A stretch of DNA of 64,000 bases, from assembly GCA_039808365.1 (NCBI GenBank), contig JBDHSX010000002.1, positions 21,580 to 85,579 of the forward strand, given 5' to 3'. Below are positions 1 through 9,055 of the stretch, piece after piece. The notes beneath the pieces are model-generated. The model was not told the DNA's origin. It worked only from the letters and a program-made list of their open reading frames with translations, and did no database searches. Every line of letters begins with the position of its first letter. Position 1 is the stretch's first letter. Position numbers and translations under genes: made by a program. The DNA comes from Xanthobacteraceae bacterium. Lineage in GTDB: Bacteria; Pseudomonadota; Alphaproteobacteria; Rhizobiales; Xanthobacteraceae.

Positions 1-683
1 TTCTCGCCATCGTCGGCGCATCGGGCTCCGGCAAGACGACGCTGCTGCGCCTGGCCAACCGGCTGATCGCACCCGACAGCGGCACGATTGCCATTGACGG
101 CGCCGATATCGCGAGCCGCGATCCGATCGCGTTGCGGCGAAGCATCGGCACCGTATTCCAGAGCGGCGGCCTGTTTCCGCACATGAGCGTCGCCGCCAAT
201 ATCGGCATCACGCCCAAGCTGATGGGATGGCCGGCCGCGCAGATCGCGGCGCGGGTCGATGATCTGATGGCGCTGGTGCGGCTCGACCCTGCCGCGCATC
301 GTGACCGTCTGCCGCAACAGTTGTCCGGCGGCCAGCGCCAGCGGGTCGGCGTCGCCCGCGCGCTGGCGGCGCGGCCGCGCATCGTGCTGATGGACGAGCC
401 ATTCGGCGCGCTCGATCCGCTGACCCGCGACGCGCTTGGCGAGGATTATCGGGCGCTGCATCGCGACCTCGGCCTGACCACCGTCATGATCACCCACGAC
501 ATGGCGGAAGCGGTGCTGCTGGCGGACCGGATCGCGGTGATGCGGGAGGGGCGCATCGTCGCGCAGGGTACGGCGGCGGAGTTGTCGCAAAGCGACGACG
601 CCGACGTCGTGACATTGCTGCAAACGCCGCGACGGCAGGCCGAGCGGCTGCGCGCGCTGCTGCCGGAGCGATCCCGCGCATGA
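1..683 (+). CDS. ABC transporter ATP-binding subunit, osmoprotectant (glycine betaine/choline) uptake type; 5' end lies outside the window
   Basis: Frame 3 reads LAIVGASGSGKTTLLRL (Walker A) from nt 3, followed by LSGGQRQRVGVARAL (ABC signature), IVLMDEPF (Walker B) and ITHD (H-loop). The stop overlaps the next start (ATGA at 680-683). Confidence 0.85.
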   Translation, partial: LAIVGASGSGKTTLLRLANRLIAPDSGTIAIDGADIASRDPIALRRSIGTVFQSGGLFPHMSVAANIGITPKLMGWPAAQIAARVDDLMALVRLDPAAHRDRLPQQLSGGQRQRVGVARALAARPRIVLMDEPFGALDPLTRDALGEDYRALHRDLGLTTVMITHDMAEAVLLADRIAVMREGRIVAQGTAAELSQSDDADVVTLLQTPRRQAERLRALLPERSRA

Positions 684-2236
684 GCCCGTGGTCCGATCCG
701 CGCTGGAGCGACGCGCTGGCGCATCTGCCGGACTATCTCGGCCAGCATGTGCGGGTCAGCCTCGCCGCGCTGGCGCTCGGCCTCACCGTCAGCCTGCCGC
801 TGGCAGTGTGGGCGCGGCGCCGTCCGCGCTTGCGCGCGGCCCTGATCGGCTTCGCTGCGATCGTGCAGACGGTACCGGGACTGGCGCTGCTGGCGCTGTT
901 CTATCCGCTGCTGCTGGCGCTCGCGGCATTGTCGATGCGGTGGCTGGGCGCCAGCTTCTCGGCGTTCGGCTTCCTGCCGGCGATGCTGGCGCTGGCGCTC
1001 TATTCGATGTTGCCGGTGCTGCGCAACGCCGTCACCGGCCTGCAAGGCGTCGAGCCCGCGCTGCTCGAATCCGCGCAGGCCGTCGGCATGACCCCACGGC
1101 AATCGCTATGGAGGGTCGAACTGCCGCTGGCGCTGCCGGTCATCATGGCCGGCATCCGCACCGCCGCGGTGTGGGTGATCGGCACCGCGACGCTGTCGAC
1201 GCCGATCGGCCAGACCAGTCTCGGCAACTACATCTTCGCGGGACTCCAGACCCAGAACTGGGTGTTCGTGCTGTTCGGCTGCGCCGCCGCGGCCGCGCTG
1301 GCGCTGATCGTCGATCAGATGCTGGCGCTGATCGAGAGCGGATTACAGCGCCGCAGCCGCGCGCGCGTCGCGGCCGGTACCCTCGGCGTGCTGGTGCTGA
1401 TCGCGGCCTCCGTCGCGCCGTCGCTATCGCGCGCGCCGCAGACCTACGTCATCGGCGCGAAAACCTTCACCGAGCAATACATCCTCGCCGCGCTGCTCAG
1501 CGAACGGCTCGACGCGGCCGGGCTGCCGGCGCGGACGCGCGAGGGGCTCGGCTCCAGCGTCATCTACAACGCGCTGGTGAGCGGCGACATCGACGCCTAT
1601 GTCGACTACTCCGGCACGCTGTGGGCCAATCAGTTGCACCGCACGGATATCAGGCCGCGCGAAAAACTGCTGGACGATCTCAAAGCCGCGCTGGCGCAAC
1701 AGCACGTCACGCTGCTGGGCGAACTCGGCTTCGCGAACGCCTACGCGCTGGTGATGCCGCGCGCCCGCGCCGAAGCCCTCGGCATCCGCACCATCGCCGA
1801 TCTCGCGAGCCATGCCGGCACGATGGCGATCGCCGGCGATTACGAGTTCTTCTCGCGCCCGGAATGGGCCGGCATCCGCGACGCCTATGGCCTCGCCTTC
1901 CGCGAACAGCGCCAGATGCAACCGGATTTCATGTACGCCGCCGTTGCTAGCGGCGAAGTGGACGTCATCGCCGGTTACACCAGCGACGGCCTGATCGCGA
2001 AATACGACCTCGTGGTGCTGGACGACCCCAAGGGCGCGATCCCGCCCTACGACGCCGTGGTGCTGCTGTCGCCGCGGCGCGAGACCGATCCGGCGCTACG
2101 CGCGGCGCTGCAACCGCTGCTCGGCCGCATCGATATCGCGACGATGCGCGAGGCCAACCTGCGCGCCAGCGACGGCCAGTCGGCCACCGAGGTCGCGAAA
2201 TGGCTGTGGGAGAGGATTGCTGCCGGGCGCAAATAA
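680..2236 (+). CDS. Fused ABC permease / substrate-binding protein (OpuB/OpuC-like glycine betaine family)
   Basis: 518 aa. The N-terminal half has multiple hydrophobic spans and a permease EAA-type loop (ESAQAVGMTPRQSLWRVELPLALPVIMAGI). The C-terminal ~270 aa looks like a glycine-betaine-type periplasmic binding domain (GAKTFTEQYILA, DAYVDYSGTLW, IAGYTSDG). It is translationally coupled to the ATPase gene. Confidence 0.85.
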   Translation: MSPWSDPRWSDALAHLPDYLGQHVRVSLAALALGLTVSLPLAVWARRRPRLRAALIGFAAIVQTVPGLALLALFYPLLLALAALSMRWLGASFSAFGFLPAMLALALYSMLPVLRNAVTGLQGVEPALLESAQAVGMTPRQSLWRVELPLALPVIMAGIRTAAVWVIGTATLSTPIGQTSLGNYIFAGLQTQNWVFVLFGCAAAAALALIVDQMLALIESGLQRRSRARVAAGTLGVLVLIAASVAPSLSRAPQTYVIGAKTFTEQYILAALLSERLDAAGLPARTREGLGSSVIYNALVSGDIDAYVDYSGTLWANQLHRTDIRPREKLLDDLKAALAQQHVTLLGELGFANAYALVMPRARAEALGIRTIADLASHAGTMAIAGDYEFFSRPEWAGIRDAYGLAFREQRQMQPDFMYAAVASGEVDVIAGYTSDGLIAKYDLVVLDDPKGAIPPYDAVVLLSPRRETDPALRAALQPLLGRIDIATMREANLRASDGQSATEVAKWLWERIAAGRK

Positions 2237-2265
2237 CGAAGGCCCGCGCCAGGCGCGGGCCTTCG
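2237..2265 (+). terminator. GC-rich hairpin directly after the ABC transporter stop codon (possible terminator)
   Basis: cgaaggcccgcgcc / ggcgcgggccttcg form a near-perfect stem immediately after TAA. Only a TT follows, so intrinsic-terminator function is uncertain. Confidence 0.4.
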
Positions 2266-2280
2266 TTGAAAGGACCTCCA

Positions 2281-2365
2281 CTCGTCGTCCCCTCCCGACC
2301 CTCCCCCGCAAGCGGCGGAGGAATAAAGGGTGGGGACGATGCGCGGATCAAGTCCGCGCATGACG
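2281..2365. repeat. Composite extragenic palindromic repeat: a C-rich/G-rich module plus a 28-nt hairpin module
   Basis: cgtcgtcccctcccgaccctcccccgcaagcggcggagg...ggtggggacg is followed by gatgcgcggatcaagtccgcgcatgacg (9-bp stem ATGCGCGGA/TCCGCGCAT). The 28-nt module recurs identically at 59231-59258. Confidence 0.75.
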
Positions 2366-2372
2366 CTTGAGT

Positions 2373-2422
2373 AAGCCTCAGTTCTTGGTCTTGTCGACCA
2401 GCGCGCCCTTCTTGGTCATCGG
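2373..2422 (-). repeat. Degenerate ~50-bp duplicate of the ilvC 3' terminus (non-functional relic)
   Basis: aagcctcagttcttggtcttgtcgaccagcgcgcccttcttggtcatcgg aligns with the true ilvC end at 2462-2511 (aagcctcagtttttggtcttatcaaccaatgcgcccttcttgatccacgg) with about 7 mismatches. On the minus strand it would read ...[11 protein letters not shown]. Confidence 0.7.
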
Positions 2423-2466
2423 GATCGCGCTTGCGCGATCCCGCACGGAAAACCGTGGATCAAGCC

Positions 2467-3543
<1,077 letters not shown>

Positions 3544-3670
3544 TCAGGCCCCGCGGCGCGCGCCGCAGGGGCGAAAATTCCCTGGTTCTCTAAAACATTT
3601 TGCCGCAAAGGGGAAACCGGTTTTCGGCATGGCCCCGTTCCGGGCCGGAAACGTCTGCCCCATGGCCCGC

Positions 3671-4546
3671 TCACCCCATGCCGGCGGCAGCCGGCGGCCG
3701 CCGCGACAACAGCATCACCGCGATTCCGAATACCACCGTCAGCATGCCGGCGAGCCGAAGGGATCCGAACGTCTCGTGAAACACCACCGCCGACACCGCC
3801 GCGCCGACGAACGGCACCAGCAAGGCGAACGGCGTCACCTGCGCGGCCGGATAGCTCCGCAGCAGCCGCCCCCACAGCCAGTAGGCGAAACTGGTGGTGA
3901 CGATGCCGATCGCCAGCATGCTGACGATCCCGGTCACGCTCATATGGGTCAGGTCGTGCCACGTTGCCCGCGGCCCGTCGACGGCCAATGCCAGCGCGAA
4001 CAGCGGCAGCGGCGGGATCAGATACAGCCACGCGAACAGATCGAACATCGGCGTGTGGGGCGCCAAGCGCAGCAGCAGATTGCCGACCGCGAAGCTGATC
4101 GGCGAAATCATCAGCACGGCGAACGCGCCGACCGAGAAATCGAAGCCCACCGTGCCGCAGATCATCAACAGTCCGGCGGTGGCGATGCCGATGCCCAGCA
4201 CCTGCATCGGCGTCGGCGTTTCATGAAACGCGATGGCGGCGAAGGCGATCGTGAACAGCGCCTGGCTTTGCACGATCACGCTGGTCAGGCCGACGGGCAC
4301 GCCCTGCGCGATCCCGTAGGACTGCGCCAGGAACTGAAACAGGAACAGCGTCAGGCTGATGGCGATCAACACCGGCCACGACACGTCCGGCTTGCGGATG
4401 AACAGGCATGGCACCGCGGCGATGGCGAAGCGCAGCGTCGTCATCATCGACGGCGACAGTTCGTCGAGCACCAGCCGGCTGGCGATGAACCCCAACCCCC
4501 AGATGACGGCGACCAGAACCGCCAGGAAGATGTCGACCGGCTTCAT
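3671..4546 (-). CDS. EamA/DMT-family transporter (10-TM drug/metabolite exporter type)
   Basis: 291 aa and almost entirely hydrophobic, with a duplicated 5-TM architecture typical of EamA. It lies between ilvH and ilvC on the same strand. Confidence 0.8.
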   Translation of the reverse strand: MKPVDIFLAVLVAVIWGLGFIASRLVLDELSPSMMTTLRFAIAAVPCLFIRKPDVSWPVLIAISLTLFLFQFLAQSYGIAQGVPVGLTSVIVQSQALFTIAFAAIAFHETPTPMQVLGIGIATAGLLMICGTVGFDFSVGAFAVLMISPISFAVGNLLLRLAPHTPMFDLFAWLYLIPPLPLFALALAVDGPRATWHDLTHMSVTGIVSMLAIGIVTTSFAYWLWGRLLRSYPAAQVTPFALLVPFVGAAVSAVVFHETFGSLRLAGMLTVVFGIAVMLLSRRPPAAAGMG

Positions 4547-4559
4547 GCGGGAGCGCGGC

Positions 4560-5102
4560 TCACAACCCTTCGGGGCCGCGCGAGATCGCGGCGACGCCGG
4601 TGCGCGACACCTCGACCAGGCCGATCGGCCGCATCAGGTTGACGAACTGGTCGATTTTCGAGGTCGCGCCGGTGATCTCGAACACGAAACTCTCGTTGGT
4701 GGCGTCGACCACGCGGGCGCGGAACACTTCCGCGAGCCGCATCGCCTCGATGCGCTGATCGCCGGAGCCCTTGACCTTGACCATCGCCAGCTCGCGCTCG
4801 ATGGATTTGCCGGTCAGCGTCATGTCCACCACCTGATAGACCGGGATCATGCGGTCGAGCTGATGCTTGATCTGGGTGATGACCATCGGCGTGCCGGTGG
4901 TGACGATGGTGATGCGCGAGACGTGCTTCTGGCTCTCGGTCTCCGACACCGTGAGGCTTTCGATATTGTAGCCGCGGCCGGAGAACAGGCCGATCACCCG
5001 CGCCAGCACGCCCGGCTCGTTGGCGACCAGCACCGACAAGGTGTGCGTCTCGTTGGGATCGCGGCGTTCTTCCATGAAATAGGCGGAGGCAGGCTGGTTC
5101 AT
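4560..5102 (-). CDS. ilvH: Acetolactate synthase small (regulatory) subunit
   Basis: 180 aa with an N-terminal ACT domain (HTLSVLVANEPGVLARVIGLFSGRGYNIESL) and the C-terminal AHAS small-subunit domain. It lies downstream of the large subunit. Confidence 0.93.
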   Translation of the reverse strand: MNQPASAYFMEERRDPNETHTLSVLVANEPGVLARVIGLFSGRGYNIESLTVSETESQKHVSRITIVTTGTPMVITQIKHQLDRMIPVYQVVDMTLTGKSIERELAMVKVKGSGDQRIEAMRLAEVFRARVVDATNESFVFEITGATSKIDQFVNLMRPIGLVEVSRTGVAAISRGPEGL

Positions 5103-5120
5103 TGCAATCTCTCGCTTGGG

Positions 5121-5220
5121 GTCATGCCCGCGCAGGCGGGCATCCGGTATTCATTGCCGTTGGTGATCGCGCGCGGTGGCCGCGGCGTACTGGATCGTCC
5201 GCTCAAGCCGGACGATGACG
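5121..5220. repeat. Extragenic palindromic repeat inside the ilvI-ilvH spacer
   Basis: Begins gtcatgcccgcgcaggcgggcatcc (hairpin ATGCCCGC/GCGGGCAT) and ends ...ccggacgatgacg (GTCAT...ATGAC termini). It is related to the modules at 56627 and 59182. Confidence 0.7.
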
Positions 5221-5263
5221 CCGCGCCACCGGAGCGCATTGTGCCATTCATCAGCGTCGGTTC

Positions 5264-7042
5264 TCACACCAGCGCCTTGCCGCCGCTGAAGGCCTTGGCG
5301 GTGGCGTCGTCGTTGGCTTCCGCCGGCAGCAGCATCTCGTTATGCGCCTTGCCGGACGGGATCATCGGGAAGCAGTTCTCCAGCGCCGCGACGCGGCAGT
5401 CGAACAGCACCGGCTTCTTCACCTTGATCATCTCATGCAGCGCGCCGTCGAGATCGGCCGGCTTGATCACCTGCATGCCGACGCCGCCATAGGCCTCCGC
5501 CAGCTTGACGAAGTCCGGCATCGCCTCGGTGTAGGAATGCGACAGCCGGTTGCCGTGCAGAAGCTGCTGCCACTGCCGCACCATGCCCATGTACTGGTTG
5601 TTGAGGATGAAGATCTTGATCGGCAGTTCGTGCTGCACGGCGCATGACATTTCCTGCATCGTCATCTGCACCGAGGCGTCGCCGGCGATGTCGATGACGA
5701 GGCTGTCGCGATGCGCCACCTGCACGCCGAGCGCCGCCGGCAGGCCGTAGCCCATGGTGCCGAGCCCACCCGAGGTCATCCAGCGGTGCGGCTCCTCGAA
5801 GCCGAAGAACTGCGCCGCCCACATCTGATGCTGGCCGACCTCGGTGGTGATGTAGGTGTCATGACCGCGCGTCGCATCATACAGGCGCTGGATCGCGTAT
5901 TGCGGCAGGATGATGTCGTCGTTCTTCCTGTAGGCCAGCGAGTTGCGCGCGCGCCAGCGCCCGATCTCGAACCACCACGGATCGATCTTCGGCTTCTTGC
6001 CTTCCGCCTTGAACGCCTGCAACAGGTCGGCCATCACGCTGCCCGCATCGCCGATGATCGGCACGTCGACGCGGATGTTCTTGTTGATCGACGACGGGTC
6101 GATATCGATATGGATTTTCTTCGAGCCGGGCGAGAACGCATCGGTGCGGCCGGTGATGCGGTCGTCGAAGCGCGCGCCGATGCACAGCATCACGTCGCAA
6201 TCGTGCATCGCCATGTTGGCCTCGTAGGTGCCGTGCATCCCCAGCATGCCGAGCCAGTTCTTGCCCGAGGCCGGATAGGCCCCGAGCCCCATCAGCGTCG
6301 AGGTGATCGGAAAGCCGGTGGCTTCCACCAGCGCGCGCAACGTCTTCGCCGCGTCGCGGCCGGCGTTGACGACGCCGCCGCCGGTGTAGATCACCGGCCG
6401 CTTGGCCCCCGCCATCAGCGCCACGGCCTTGCGGATCTGGCCCGGATCGCCTTTGGTCCGCGGCTTGTAGGAGACATGCACGTCGGACTTGCGCGGCGGA
6501 TGATAGGTGCCGGTGGCGAACTGCACGTCCTTGGGCACATCGACCACGACCGGACCGGGACGGCCGGAGGTTGCGACATAAAACGCCTCGTGCAGCACCT
6601 TGGGCAGATCCTTGATGTCGCGGACCAGCCAGTTGTGCTTGGTGCAGGGCCGGGTGATGCCGACGGTGTCGCATTCCTGGAAGGCGTCATTGCCGATCAG
6701 ATGGGTCGGCACCTGCCCGGTGATGCACACCAGCGGGATGGAATCCATCAGCGCGTCGGCGAGCGGCGTCACCATGTTGGTGGCGCCGGGGCCGGAGGTC
6801 ACCAGCACGACGCCGGGCTTGCCGGTGGAGCGGGCGTAGCCCTCGGCCGCGTGTCCCGCGCCCTGCTCGTGCCGGACCAGGATGTGTTCGACGTCGCTCT
6901 GCTGGAAAATCTCATCGTAGATCGGAAGCACCGCGCCGCCCGGATAGCCGAAGATGTGTTGGACGCCATGATCGACCAGCGCGCGGACGATCATCGCGGC
7001 TCCGGTCATCTGGTTGGCATCGTGGCTGTTGCTGTCGCTCAT
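5264..7042 (-). CDS. ilvI: Acetolactate synthase large (catalytic) subunit
   Basis: 592 aa with a thiamine-diphosphate enzyme layout (FGYPGGAVLPIYD...). TPP-binding motif is GGLGTMGYGLPAALG...GDASVQMTMQE...NN. Confidence 0.95.
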   Translation of the reverse strand: MSDSNSHDANQMTGAAMIVRALVDHGVQHIFGYPGGAVLPIYDEIFQQSDVEHILVRHEQGAGHAAEGYARSTGKPGVVLVTSGPGATNMVTPLADALMDSIPLVCITGQVPTHLIGNDAFQECDTVGITRPCTKHNWLVRDIKDLPKVLHEAFYVATSGRPGPVVVDVPKDVQFATGTYHPPRKSDVHVSYKPRTKGDPGQIRKAVALMAGAKRPVIYTGGGVVNAGRDAAKTLRALVEATGFPITSTLMGLGAYPASGKNWLGMLGMHGTYEANMAMHDCDVMLCIGARFDDRITGRTDAFSPGSKKIHIDIDPSSINKNIRVDVPIIGDAGSVMADLLQAFKAEGKKPKIDPWWFEIGRWRARNSLAYRKNDDIILPQYAIQRLYDATRGHDTYITTEVGQHQMWAAQFFGFEEPHRWMTSGGLGTMGYGLPAALGVQVAHRDSLVIDIAGDASVQMTMQEMSCAVQHELPIKIFILNNQYMGMVRQWQQLLHGNRLSHSYTEAMPDFVKLAEAYGGVGMQVIKPADLDGALHEMIKVKKPVLFDCRVAALENCFPMIPSGKAHNEMLLPAEANDDATAKAFSGGKALV

Positions 7043-7091
7043 GGCTGTCTCCGGATGCGCCGGCTGGCGCGGCTCGATTTAGCGAAGTTCG

Positions 7092-7122
7092 AAAATAAAA
7101 AAGGGCCCAAGAGGCCCCGCGC
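7092..7122 (-). terminator. Intrinsic terminator (attenuator) in the ilvI leader
   Basis: The minus strand reads GGGCC-TCTTG-GGCCC followed by TTTTTTATTTT. The T-run ends about 50 nt upstream of the ilvI ATG. Confidence 0.6.
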
Positions 7123-7146
7123 ACACCGCCCGACTTCAGGGTGACG

Positions 7147-7215
7147 TCAGCCACCCCCGGCGGTGTGCCAGGGTACGACGACGATAATCAGAAGGTCGGT
7201 AACTTTATTGCGCAT
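7147..7215 (-). CDS. ilvIH leader peptide (22 aa, MRNKVTDLLIIVVVPWHTAGGG)
   Basis: Hand-translated from the minus strand: ATG CGC AAT AAA GTT ACC GAC CTT CTG ATT ATC GTC GTC GTA CCC TGG CAC ACC GCC GGG GGT GGC TGA. It has seven consecutive Leu/Ile/Val codons. Inverted repeats GGCACACCGCC / GGCGGTGTGC and the terminator hairpin follow. It is too short for the ORF track. Confidence 0.6.
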   Translation of the reverse strand: MRNKVTDLLIIVVVPWHTAGGG

Positions 7216-7247
7216 GACTCGCCGCAATTTCCCAAAGGTTGCGCGGA

Positions 7248-7275
7248 CTTATACGACGCAAAGGCTGGAAGTCAA
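7248..7275 (-). promoter_or_regulatory. Putative sigma-70-type promoter of the ilvIH leader
   Basis: The minus strand reads TTGACT - 16 nt - TATAAG, about 35-40 nt upstream of the leader-peptide ATG. Confidence 0.35.
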
Positions 7276-7429
7276 GAAGGCAGAATGAAAGATACCCATC
7301 TCCGCACCCTCACGCGAGCAAAATCATAGGCCGCCGTCCGGAACGAGGATTGTCCGGGGTCCGTCTTAGAGCTTGCAATCTCTCATAAGTTGAGAAAATA
7401 TATTTTAACAACTTATGGGGGAATATCAG

Positions 7430-8041
7430 ATGACCAAATATGTCGTACTGTCTTTGATTTCCGCGGATCCCAATCAACATTTCGGCTGCCGGATCGCGCG
7501 GGAAGGCGACCCCTACATCATGATCTACCGGGTGGCCTACGGCCCCAGGAGCTTCTGGGAGTGCTCGGAATGGATCAGCTTCAACTGCAAGCCGTTCCCG
7601 GAATGGTGGGTTGAGGAAAAGGCGAGCGCTCTCAAGCGGGAAGAAACCGCACGACAGAGCAAGTCGCTGGACCCGGCGCTGTTCTACGAAACGAGAAAAG
7701 TCGAGATCGGTCACATTAACGGCGTTCCGGAAGTGAAGGTCGAATGGGAAGGCGGATTGATCAAATACCCCGTCATCTACCATCGGGATTCGAAACTGAC
7801 GGCCTATGCCGAGTTCGCGGCGCCGAACCTCAACGATATTTGGGGCGACATCACCAGTTGCGCGGCCGGCGCTGCGGTGACGGCGACACTGGTTGCCATC
7901 ATCGCAAGCCCGGCGGCGGCATTGCCGACCTTCAAGGCCGCCTTCATGGCGTGCCTCGTTCCCCAGATTGGCGACCGCGCCAAGGAAATCAGTGTTGCTC
8001 TCAGCACCCGTCAAGAGCATGGCGAGTGGCATCGCGTCTGA
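7430..8041 (+). CDS. Hypothetical protein (orphan; Trp/Cys-rich N-terminal half, Ala-rich hydrophobic C-terminal segment)
   Basis: The ORF track gives 7415-8041. I prefer the ATG at 7430 (MTKYVVLSL...), which has GGGGAA 6-7 nt upstream. Third-position GC is moderately high, which is compatible with coding. I recognise no family. The gene sits in a visibly lower-GC islet. Confidence 0.55.
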   Translation: MTKYVVLSLISADPNQHFGCRIAREGDPYIMIYRVAYGPRSFWECSEWISFNCKPFPEWWVEEKASALKREETARQSKSLDPALFYETRKVEIGHINGVPEVKVEWEGGLIKYPVIYHRDSKLTAYAEFAAPNLNDIWGDITSCAAGAAVTATLVAIIASPAAALPTFKAAFMACLVPQIGDRAKEISVALSTRQEHGEWHRV

Positions 8042-8107
8042 CGCTCCGGCTTCAGATTGAGCCGGATTCGAGTGGGGGAGCCCGCGACGGCAGGCTCCGC
8101 GCCAAAT

Positions 8108-9055
8108 TCATGGCTTTGCGAAGATTCGCCATCTCAGATCGGTGAGCGCTTGTTCCAGCGCCACCCAGGCGAACTCCGGAAGCTGGTGCCGGAACCAGGT
8201 GAACTGTCGCTTGGCGTAGCGGCGGGTATCGAGCCGGCCGATGGCGGCGGCGTCTTGCAGCGACAATTCGCCGGCAAGATGGCGGATCAGCGCCGGCACG
8301 CCATGGGCTTTCATCGCCGGCAGCAGCGGATCGAGACGGCGTGCCATGAGCCGCCCCACTTCCTCCAGGGCGCCGCTCGCCAGCATCGTCCCGAAACGGT
8401 GGTCGATCCGCGCGTAAAGCGTCTCCCGCTCCGGCGCGAGGAAAACCGCGATCGCCTGCTCCGGCGGCAGCAGCGGCGGCAGGGCGTCGCGGTGCCAGTC
8501 GGTCAGCGACCGTCCGGTGGCTTCGATCACTTCCAGCGCGCGCGCGATGCGACTGCGGTCGCGCGGCTTCAGGCGTTCCGCCGCGACAGGATCGCGCCGC
8601 CGCAACGCATCGTGCAATGCCTCGGGGCCGTCGCGGTCGAGCCGCGCCCGCACCGCGTCCCGTATCCCGGACGGTACCGGCGGCACCGCCGACAAGCCAC
8701 GCGTCAGCGCCTTGAAATACAGCCCGGAACCGCCGACGAAGATCGGCAGCCGGCCCTCGGCGCGCGCTTCCGCCAGCACATGCGCGGCATCGGCCACCCA
8801 CATGCCGGCGGAATAATTCACTGACGCATCGACATGACCATAAAGCCGGTGCGGCGCGCGCGCTTCCTCGCCCGGCGTCGGCCGCGCGGTGATGATGCGC
8901 AGATCGCGATAGACCTGCATCGAATCGGTGTTGATGACGACACCGTTGCAGGTCTCGGCCAGCGCCAGCGCCAGCGCCGACTTGCCGCTGGCGGTCGGGC
9001 CTGCGATAAGCACGGCCTTCACGCCGTCGCACCGCGAATTCATGATGTCCCTCAT
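8108..9055 (-). CDS. miaA: tRNA dimethylallyltransferase
   Basis: P-loop is [21 protein letters not shown], 12 residues after the proposed start MRDIMNS, with an IPPT-family body. The ORF-track ORF (to 9256) is extended by an Arg/Ala-rich stretch that overlaps serB. Confidence 0.9.
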   Translation of the reverse strand: MRDIMNSRCDGVKAVLIAGPTASGKSALALALAETCNGVVINTDSMQVYRDLRIITARPTPGEEARAPHRLYGHVDASVNYSAGMWVADAAHVLAEARAEGRLPIFVGGSGLYFKALTRGLSAVPPVPSGIRDAVRARLDRDGPEALHDALRRRDPVAAERLKPRDRSRIARALEVIEATGRSLTDWHRDALPPLLPPEQAIAVFLAPERETLYARIDHRFGTMLASGALEEVGRLMARRLDPLLPAMKAHGVPALIRHLAGELSLQDAAAIGRLDTRRYAKRQFTWFRHQLPEFAWVALEQALTDLRWRIFAKP

